Positions 53,981 to 64,000 of a DNA stretch of 64,000 nucleotides are shown piece by piece (position 1 is the first letter of the stretch; the number at the start of each line of letters is the position of its first letter). The notes beneath the pieces were generated by a model. It ran no database searches and was not told where the DNA came from. It saw nothing but the letters and a program-made list of their open reading frames with translations. The DNA lies in NCBI GenBank assembly GCA_012295275.1, contig CM022671.1:25668001-25732000 (forward strand). The letters run 5' to 3'. The translations under genes were made by a program, and so were the position numbers. This stretch comes from Chrysomallon squamiferum. Its lineage: Eukaryota; Animalia; Mollusca.

Positions 53981-54479
53981 TCTTGTCTGAATTCATTTAT
54001 CGAAGTCTTACGTGCAGCTTGACTAAAAACAGAAAAAATCAAACAGTCGTAATGTCTGTCGTTCTTCCAACCCAGCTGACTCTTGTTTTAACAAAGAACT
54101 ACATGTCCTTCGTCAACGATGAGGAATTTGGTTTCACCAAAACATTCAACTGTCGACCGATACCTGAGAAGTTTCTTGACGACAGAACTGTTTTTTCAGA
54201 CTTTGTGAGTCTACAATATGACTGTTCGTCTCAGAGGTTCTTCTGCTGCTAGTTTTTACTTCATTCCGAAAACATGGCAAGAACATTTACAACATTGGCG
54301 GCTATGGATTTTCTTGGTATGTAAAAGAAAGAAAGGAAAACACAAGAACTGGAAGAAGAAAAAAGCAAAACTATACCGAGTAGAGATGAACAACAGGCAT
54401 GAAAATTGTCGTTAATTACATGCTTAGGTTCTGATTATTTTGACTTTTTCCAACACCAGTGTTTTGGTTGTTTTGTATA

Positions 54480-54525
<46 letters not shown>

Positions 54526-55275
54526 ATATTATGTTAATTATTATAACTTTGACATTTTTACATTTTGATTGTAATTTTAACAGTAATCTTTACAGTATAC
54601 ATGTAGATTACAATCGGTTTCATTTGTTAATTTTCAATAAATTATTTGGTTACACTTCTGTTTTGTTTTCATTTGAGAAAAGTGAAATTTTGCCTTCTAT
54701 TTTATAAGAAGCTCACGTGCTTAGATTTATGATTATATCGACTCCGCGTTATAATTCATAAATGTATGTCTGTGTTAATACGTTATTGTTCGCAGTCTCT
54801 TTTTGTGACAGCAGTCCGATTGCTGTAAACAACAGAGTTTGAAAGCTCAGGGCTTATTTTTATTTCTTAACCCCCAAGTCGACGCGTCTGTGTTTGCGGT
54901 TGTTTGTGTCGTAGAGTCTGCAAAGACCCGATGGAACGTTTCAAAGCTACATACAAAAAAATAAAAAATAAATAAAAATTATAATCAGGCCATATTATCA
55001 ATGAAGAGCATATATCTGATAATGATTCCCATGAATAAACAATACTTCTTTTTTCCTAACCAAATGAACTCACATAACAGAACAGCAACACTATTGTCTA
55101 AAATACGAAGATTCATGAAACGTTCTCAGTCACAAAACACTGTATGTTCTTCCGGAGTACCTCCGGCGACAACAGTGGAAATTGTTTCATGATCTGATGG
55201 TTTTGTATGCAGCACGAGAAAGCCAGACAAATCAAACAATCTATTCACAGCAAAAAAAAATCATTAAAAGATATG

Positions 55276-56449
55276 TTAACTTGCGGTCTAATGAGACCCC
55301 AGTCCGTTTTCTACCTTCTCATTACCCATGCGTCCTGTATGTATACATTTTCATTATACAACGTGTGACCTGTGGCCCATTTCATACCTCATTCTTTGAA
55401 TTGATTTCGAGATGAAGTTTGCAATATGACCGAAACTGAGCTTAAAAAAACAATGAATTTAGTAAATAATAGAGAACAATTTGTAAAGCGTTACAGTTAC
55501 CAATTTGCCCACAATTTTCTAGATTTGGTCAGCTTAACACACTGGTAGGCCTGTTCCTACTCGCAGTCAGTGAATGTAACAGAGGCTGAGCGATGCTCTT
55601 TGCAAACGTTTTCGCCACACAGTCTGCAGATCATCTGTGATTTTCTGTCCTTATTTCTGGGACCCATGTAGCACCTTCTCTTATTAAGGTGGTCCTTCAG
55701 GGTTTACCCGATCCCTTTTCACAATACTGTATCCCAAGGCAATAAGAGCAAGCTCGGCTCCTTTCTGGATGGCTCTGATTCAGTCGGCTGATTCCCACGT
55801 TCTGTCAGGAACTTTCGACATTTGCTTCTGTTCTTGATCTGGTAGTCTGGAGATGTTACTGCTACTGCTAACATATTGAAGAAAACACACACTGGCCATC
55901 GCATGATCTTCCGTCTACATGTATAAAGTGTAACCAAGTGGTCCAGATTATCAACTCCTTCCTTCGTAGAGTTGTAGGAGAGAATAAATGTTTCATAATG
56001 CTGACTGGTCAGACACGTGACACTTTTGTTCTGTTCTATTCTCACTCAAAACATTATAATTTGTTAAATTCATGTCATATATCTTGACACCATGGTCTAT
56101 AGATGATACTGGAGCAAAGATTCCTATTTTTACTTAGTGGATTTTCTGTGGAAAAAGTTCATCTGTCTCATCTAGTTGACTTCTGTATGATCAGAGTGGC
56201 TTCTTTTCAAAATTCCCAATAGATGGAGTAACTTCAACTTCTTCTAGAAAACAGTAAACTGTGGGGTCTGGGTAGAACGTGGTTTCTGGCTTTTTGGCCA
56301 AATTTACGTATGATTGAGTCACGTGATCCACAATCATGACAGTGACCAAAGAGGGGGCATGGTGTCGAACAAAGTCACGGAAAAGCAGGGAGAGAAGAAT
56401 TCACGTTTCCGAGTTTTCTATAGAAATTTCTGTGTGGCTTAATGGTTAA
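55276..56449 (-). mobile_element. Internally deleted piggyBac element, copy 2
   Basis: Transposase fragment ORF 55719-56045 (YNSTKEGVDNLD...RWP), Cys-rich tail, TTAA at both proposed ends; 3' TIR not clearly recognisable. Confidence 0.85.
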
Positions 56450-56684
56450 CTGTATATTTGAAACCTTTGATTTTAAGGGGGTTATTCCTAATTGCTTTAA
56501 TTATTAAGAAACCGTAAAATTGTTTATATTTTACTGAAAACACACACACACACACACACACAGACTTGTACCAGGTTTCCCTCAAAAAAAGACAGGTGCA
56601 CGCAAAATGACGAAGGACAAAGAACGGCGTGCTTCCTGGGAAGCGATGATTACCCTCGGTTACTGAGCAACCTTTATTAAGACA

Positions 56685-56820
56685 GTCTTGATGGCCGGAC
56701 GATAACATCTTCGGAATGCGGGCGACCGGGTGCCGTACGTTCGAGTCTCGTGAGCGGCCTCTGATGGAGTTTGTGAGGTCGTGATTAGATTTGATCCTCC
56801 TGTGCCAGTGCGTTCCCTAT
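56685..56820 (+). mobile_element. tRNA-derived SINE head, copy 2
   Basis: A-box-like motif and B-box GTTCGAGTC 56739-56747. Confidence 0.55.
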
Positions 56821-57482
56821 TATAATCAGATGTACATAAGTCAGAGAATATTCAAAATCCTGAAAAACATACATAGATAACAATACGAATCTGGGAATCA
56901 CCGCTCTGCAGAATAGAGAAGAGAGAGAGATGCTGGATTATTCAGATAAGCTTACCTTTGAAGACAGAATGATATACAAAAATAAGTAATAATTAAAACA
57001 TTTTTAAAATAATATATTTTGTATGCGTACGTAAATTAAAAATATATTAAAAATTGATATTGTTTCAAAATAAGAAATTTGTTCTTAATACAGTCAGAAC
57101 GTTGACTGGATTTAACTTGTAAACGAACTTGTCTTAAAATTAGTTCGTCAAGAATTTAGATTCTTTTTCATACATCGGATTCTCAGTAGTCGTCTTATAA
57201 AACAGCATATTCAGTATATTTTATTTATTTATTTTTTAGTTACTGTTAAATCACATATATCGTTTTGAGGACTGATAAGAAACTCGCTACGTCTAGTTAG
57301 TCTTTTACTATTAGCAACAATATATATTTTAATTTGTAACCACAAAATATATAAATATACTGAATCTCATGCAATAGTGTAGAATGGGATCCAAAAACCA
57401 TTGGAGACAATAAATTCGAAATCTCCTTGTGCCAGACAGCTCAAAACAGTTTCAAATTAAGGAGACACACACGCACGCACAT

Positions 57483-57613
<131 letters not shown>

Positions 57614-60471
57614 TAGGCAAAATACCCCGGTATTCCCAGGTCTATGTTGGCATCTTGCCCCGTCCTTAGAACATATAAATACGTTTTCTTGTAAAAGGCA
57701 AGAGAAAATTATTCATAAAATCAATCAACAATAGACATGATCCTTTCACGGGAAACGTCAGACATATTCGGTTTCATCTGATGTGGAGACGATGGATTAG
57801 CTAGATAAACAGAAATATGAATCTTACTGAAATCACGAAGAAAAACGCTCTGTTTGTCACCTTTTCTTCTGGACGTTGAAGGTAAATTTTGAAACAGAAC
57901 TAATAAAATACGAATGCTCCATTCAGGTGGTTGACATTTGATCAGGACTAGCTTTCTCTTCCTGCTGTCATTTTTTTTTTTTTTTTTTTGTTGTTGTTGT
58001 TGTTTTTTTGTTATTTTTATACTAGAAAGGCCGATTCAAAATGGTCACTATGGAAACAGGTTATGATCTAAATTGTCAACAGGTGGCCGACCGGTTTTTT
58101 TACGGGTTTGATTTTACTACTAATATTCGTTATACCTCCCATTCCACAAGAGTGAGAACCGAAATATGATTATTTAAATGATTCAAAAGATAAATCGTTC
58201 TAAATCAGTTCAAATATATAACCTTACAGATTCCAATTAATTCTTCTTAAAAAAGGAAAAACAAAAAAAAAAAAAAAGAAGAAGAAGAAAAAGAAAGAAA
58301 AGAAGGAAAGAAACAGGTTTGTTAAAAAAAATTTGTTTTATTTGTCCATACAAGTGCGTAAAATGTTCGATAATCACTTACGTTTTACACTCATCTGAAC
58401 TGAAAGGTATGTACGTATCGTGTACGCATTTATAACTGTATCGAGTCCGTGTTATGATTTTTAAACGTTTATAAACGTCACAGGTTTTCTCATTTCATAC
58501 ATATTTTGAATATGACAACACAGATGAAACATAAAATAAAAACTTTATTTGATTTAAATATAAATCAACCAAATCTATGAAGTTCTTTTCTCTGGTTGGA
58601 TGCACGCGGCTAATGACCCTTCGCCCCCCCTCCCCTCTGCAAGCCACTGGTTGCCATAGATCTGCACGGCCTTGTAAATGCGATATACATATATAACTGT
58701 TTTAGCAGAAAAAAGACATTCACGTTACAGAAAACGTGATCGAACAGCTGAAAAGTGTAAGCAGAATGACTGAGAATCTAGTAGACAGATGATCCTAAAG
58801 AATTTTTTATTTTATTATTATTATTATTTTTTTTTTTCCTGAATGCGGTATTCTGGAAAACATTCTAGATTTCACTAGAATATATATATATATTTCAGCA
58901 CGTGTGCATGTTCATGTGCTTGTGGAGCGATTTTATAATTTTATCTACGTGTGTCTGTCCATGGTGTTACGTGTGTGTGCGTGTTTCAATAAGTTGTTTC
59001 ATTCATTAATTTATTACAATTATTTCCTGGTTGGAATATACGTAACGTTAAAATAAAATAAATTCAATTAAAACTGTTCAAGCTTAGGCGGAATATCAGA
59101 GATACCGACGACAGAAGACTCCACGTGATCTGCCCACTCTTTCCGGGCACTTTTCTATATAACCAAGAGCAGGAGCTGTAGCAGTTACTTTTCCGAGAAG
59201 AATCTTGTCTGAATTCATTTATCGAAGTCTTACGTGCAGCTTGACTAAAAACAGAAAAAATCAAACAGTCGTAATGTCTGTCGTTCTTCCAACCCAGCTG
59301 ACTCTTGTTTTAACAGAGAACTACATGTCCTTCGTCAACGATGAGGAATTCGGTTTCACGAAAACATTCAACTGTCGTCCGATACCTGAGAAGTTTCTTG
59401 ACGACAGAACTGTTTTTTCAGACTTTGTGAGTCTACAACATGACTGTTCGTCTGAGAGGTTCTTCTGCTGCTAGTTTTCACTTCATTCCGAAAACATGGC
59501 AAGAACATTTACAACATTGGCGGCTATGGATTGTCTTGGTATGTTAAAGAAAGAAAGGAAAACACAGGAAATGGAAGAAGAAAAAAGCAAAACTGTACCG
59601 AGCAGAGATGAACAACAGGCATGAAGATTGTCGTTAATTACATGCTTAGGTTCTGATTATTTTGACTTTTTCCAACACCAGTGTTTTGGTTGTTTTGTAT
59701 ATAGTGTGTGTGTGTGTGTTTATATTATGTTAATTATTATAACTTTGACATTTTTACATTTTGATTGTAATTTTAACAGTAATCTTTACAGTATACATGT
59801 AGATTACAATCGGTTCTCATTTGTTAATTTTCAATAAATTATTTGGTTACATTTCTGTTTTGTTTTCATTTGAGAAAAGTGAAATTTTGCCTTCTATTTT
59901 ATAAGAAGCTCACGTGCTTAGATTTATAATTATATCGACTCCGCGTTATAATTCATAAATGTATGTCTGTGTTAATACGTTATTGTTCGCAGTCTCTTTT
60001 TGTGACAGAGGTCCGATTGCTGTAAACAACAGAGTTTGAAAGCTCAGGGCTTATTTTTATTTCTTAACCCCCAAGTCGACGCGTCTGTGTTTGCGGTTGT
60101 TTGTGTCGTAGTCTGCAAAGACCCCATAAAACGTTTCAAAGGTACATACAAAAAAAATAAAAAATAAATAAAAATTAAAATCAGGCCATATTATCAATGA
60201 AGAGCATATATCTGATAATGATTCCCATGAATAAACAATACTTTTTTTTTCCTAACCTAATGAACTCATATAACAGAAGAGCAACAGTATTGTCTAAAAT
60301 ACGAAGATTGATGAAACGTTCTCAGTCACAAAACACTGTATGTTCTTCGGGAGTACCTCCGGCGACAACAGTGGAAATTGTTTCATGGTCTGATGGTTTT
60401 GTATGCAGCACGTGAAAGCCAGACAAATCAAACAATCTCTTCACAGGAAAAAAAAATCATTAAAAGATATG

Positions 60472-61644
60472 TTAACTTGCGGTCTAATGAGACCCCAGTC
60501 CGTTTTCTACCTTCTCATTGCCCATGCGTCCTGTATGTATACATTTTCATTATACAACGTGTGACCTGTGGCCCATTTCATACCTCATTCTTTGAAATGA
60601 TTTCGAGATGAAGTTTGCAATATGACCGAAACTGAGCTTAAAAAAACAATGAATTTAGTAAATAATAGAGAACAATTTGTAAAGCGTTACAGTTACCAAT
60701 TTGCCCACAATTTTCTAGATTTGGTTAGCTTAACACACTGGTAGGCCTGTTCCTACTCGCAGTCAGTGAATGTAACAGAGGCTGAGCGATGCTCTTTGCA
60801 AACGTTTTCGCCACACAGTCTGCAGATCATCTGTGATTTTCTGTCCTTATTTCTGGGACCCATGTAGCACCTTCTCTTATTAAGGTGGTCCTTCAGGGTT
60901 TACCCGATCCCTTTTCACAATACTGTATCCCAAGGCAATAAGAGCAAGCTCGGCTCCTTTCTGGATGGCTCTGATTCAGTCGGCTGATTCCCACGTTCTG
61001 TCAGGAACTTTCGACATTTGCTTCTGTTCTTGATCTGGTAGTCTGGAGATGTTACTGCTACTGCTAACATATTGAAGAAAACACACACTGGCCATCGCAT
61101 GATCTTCCGTCTACATGTATAAAGTGTAACCAAGTGGTCCAGATTATCAACTCCTTCCTTCGTAGAGTTGTAGGAGAGAATAAATGTTTCATAATGCTGA
61201 CTGGTCAGACACGTGACACTTTTGTTCTGTTCTATTCTCACTCAAAACATTATAATTTGTTAAATTCATGTCATATATCTTGACACCATGGTCTATAGAT
61301 GATACTGGAGCAAAGATTCCTATTTTTACTTAGTGGATTTTCTGTGGAAAAAGTTCATCTGTCTCATCTAGTTGACTTCTGTATGATCAGAGTGGCTTCT
61401 TTTCAAAATTCCCAATAGATGGAGTAACTTCAACTTCTTCTAGAAAACAGTAAACTGTGGGGTCTGGGTAGAACGTGGTTTCTGGCTTTTTGGCCAAATT
61501 TACGTAGATTGAGTCACGTGATCCACAATCATGACAGTGACCAAAGAGGGGGCATGGTGTCGAACAAAGTCACGGAAAAGCAGGGAGAGAAGAATTCACG
61601 TTTCCGAGTTTTCTATAGAAATTTCTGTGTGGCTTAATGGTTAA
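60472..61644 (-). mobile_element. Internally deleted piggyBac element, copy 3
   Basis: ORF 60915-61241 has the same translation as copy 2; TTAA at both proposed ends. Confidence 0.85.
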
Positions 61645-61879
61645 CTGTATATTTGAAACCTTTGATTTTAAGGGGGTTATTCCTAATTGCTTTAATTATT
61701 AAGAAACCGTAAAATTGTTTATATTTTACTGAAAACACACACATACACACACACACACAGACTTGTACCAGGTTTCCCTCAAAAGACAGGTGCACGCAAA
61801 AATGACGAAGGACAAAGAACGGCGTGCTTCCTGGGAAGCGATGATTACCCTCGGTTACTGAGCAACCTTTATTAAGACA

Positions 61880-62015
61880 GTCTTGATGGCCGGACGATAA
61901 CATCTTCGGAATGCGGACGACCGGGTGCCGTACGTTCGAGTCTCGTGAGCGGCCTCTGATGGAGTTTGTGAGGTCGTGATTAGATTTGATCCTCCTGTGC
62001 CAGTGCGTTCCCTAT
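61880..62015 (+). mobile_element. tRNA-derived SINE head, copy 3
   Basis: Same A/B-box motifs as the other copies. Confidence 0.55.
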
Positions 62016-62676
62016 TATAATCAGATGTACATAAGTCAGAGAATATTCAAAATCCTGAAAAACATACATAGATAACAATACGAATCTGGGAATCACCGCT
62101 CTGCAGAATAGAGACAGAGAGAGAGATGCTGGATTATTCAGATAAGCTTACCTTTGAAGACAGAATGATATACAAAAATAAGTAATAATTAAAACATTTT
62201 TAAAATAATATATTTTGTATGCGTACGTAAATTAAAAATATATTAAAAATTGATATTGTTTCAAAATAAGAAATTTGTTCTTAATACAGTCAGAACGTTG
62301 ACTGGATTTAACTTGTAAACGAACTTGTCTTAAAATTAGTTCGTCAAGAATTTAGATTCTTTTTCATACATCGGATTCTCAGTAGTCGTCTTATAAAACA
62401 GCATATTCAGTATATTTTATTTATTTATTTTTTAGTTACTGTTAAATCACATATATCTTTGAGGACTGATAAGAAACTCGCTACGTCTAGTTAGTCTTTT
62501 ACTATTAGCAACAATATATATTTTAATTTGTAACCACAAAATATATAAATATACTGAATCTCATGCAATAGTGTAGAATGGGATCCAAAAACCATTGGAG
62601 ACAATAAATTCGAAATCTCCTTGTGCCAGACAGCTCAAAACAGTTTCAAATTAAGGAGACACACACGCACGCACAT

Positions 62677-62811
<135 letters not shown>

Positions 62812-64000
62812 TAATAGGCAAAATACCCCGGTATTCCCAGGTCTATGTTGGCATCTTGCCCCGTCCTTAGAACATATAAATACGTTTTCTTGTAAAAGGC
62901 AAGAGAAAATTATTCATAAAATCAATCAACAATAGACATGATCCTTTCACGGGAAACGTCAGACATATTCGGTTTCATCTGATGTGGAGACGATGGATTA
63001 GCTAGATAAACAGAAATATGAATCTTACTGAAATCACGAAGAAAAACGCTCTATTTGTCACCTTTTCTTCTGGACGTTGAAGGTAAATTTTGAAACAGAA
63101 CTAATAAAATACGAATGCTCCATTCAGGTGGTTGACATTTGATCAGGACTAGCTTTCTCTTCCTGCTGTCATTTTTTTTTTTTTTTTTTTTGTTGTTGTT
63201 TTTTGTTATTTTTATACTAGAAAGGCCGATTCAAAATGGTCACTATGGAAACAGGTTATGATCTAAATTGTCAACAGGTGGCCGACCGGTTTTTTTACGG
63301 GTTTGATTTTACTACTAATATTCGTTATACCTCCCATTCCACAAGAGTGAGAACCGAAATATGATTATTTAAATGATTCAAAAGATAAATCGTTCTAAAT
63401 CAGTTCAAATATATAACCTTACAGATTCCAATTAATTCTTCTTAAAAAAGGAAAAACAAAAAAAAACAAAAAAAGAAGAAGAAGAAGAAAGAAAGAAAAG
63501 AAGGAAAGAAACAGGTTTGTTAAAAAAAAATTTGTTTTATTTGTCCATACAAGTGCGTAAAATGTTCGATAATCACTTACGTTTTACACTCATCTGAACT
63601 GAAAGGTATGTACGTATCGTGTACGCATTTATAACTGTATCGAGTCCGTGTTATGATTTTTAAACGTTTATAAACGTCACAGGTTTTCTCATTTCATACA
63701 TATTTTGAATATGACAACACAGATGAAACATAAAATAAAAACTTTATTTGATTTAAATATAAATCAACCAAATCTATGAAGTTCTTTTCTCTGGTTGGAT
63801 GCACGCGGCTAATGACCCTTCGCCCCCCCCCCTCCCCTCTGCAAGCCACTGGTTGCCATAGATCTGCACGGCCTTGTAAATGCGATATACATATATAACT
63901 GTTTTAGCAGAAAAAAGACATTCACGTTACAGAAAACGTGATCGAACAGCTGAAAAGTGTAAGCAGAATGACTGAGAATCTAGTAGACAGATGATCCTAA

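Noticed and set aside
54218-54415. Basic ORF MTVRLRG...KKKKAK as a separate protein
   Set aside because: Runs through the splice donor into A-rich intron and is broken in copy 3.

Overview
AT-rich animal genomic DNA with many microsatellites and GT-AG introns; a mollusc or other lophotrochozoan is my inference. There are two multi-exon genes on the + strand. The first is a myotubularin-related PI3P phosphatase of the MTMR3/MTMR4 type (CDS 7955-18144; [16 protein letters not shown] catalytic loop, C-terminal FYVE) whose large exon has a frame break at ~15700-15713. The second is a TAO (STE20) kinase (CDS 25593-38127) with two candidate alternative micro-exons and a uORF plus predicted pseudoknot just before its AUG. 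From ~42.8 kb the sequence is rearranged repeat: one inverted, mosaic copy (42810-47660), then a head-to-tail array of a ~5.2-kb unit (starts 48042, 53276, 58501, 63700) that runs off the window. Each unit has half of a hAT-type MITE, a TATA promoter with kB/STAT-like sites, a putative small two-exon gene with weak death-effector-domain-like pattern and an in-frame TAG, a deleted piggyBac and a tRNA-derived SINE. The inverted copy carries an ~830-bp duplicate of the probable TAO kinase 3' UTR where the units have the piggyBac-containing segment. All alignments were done by eye; no database searches were run.
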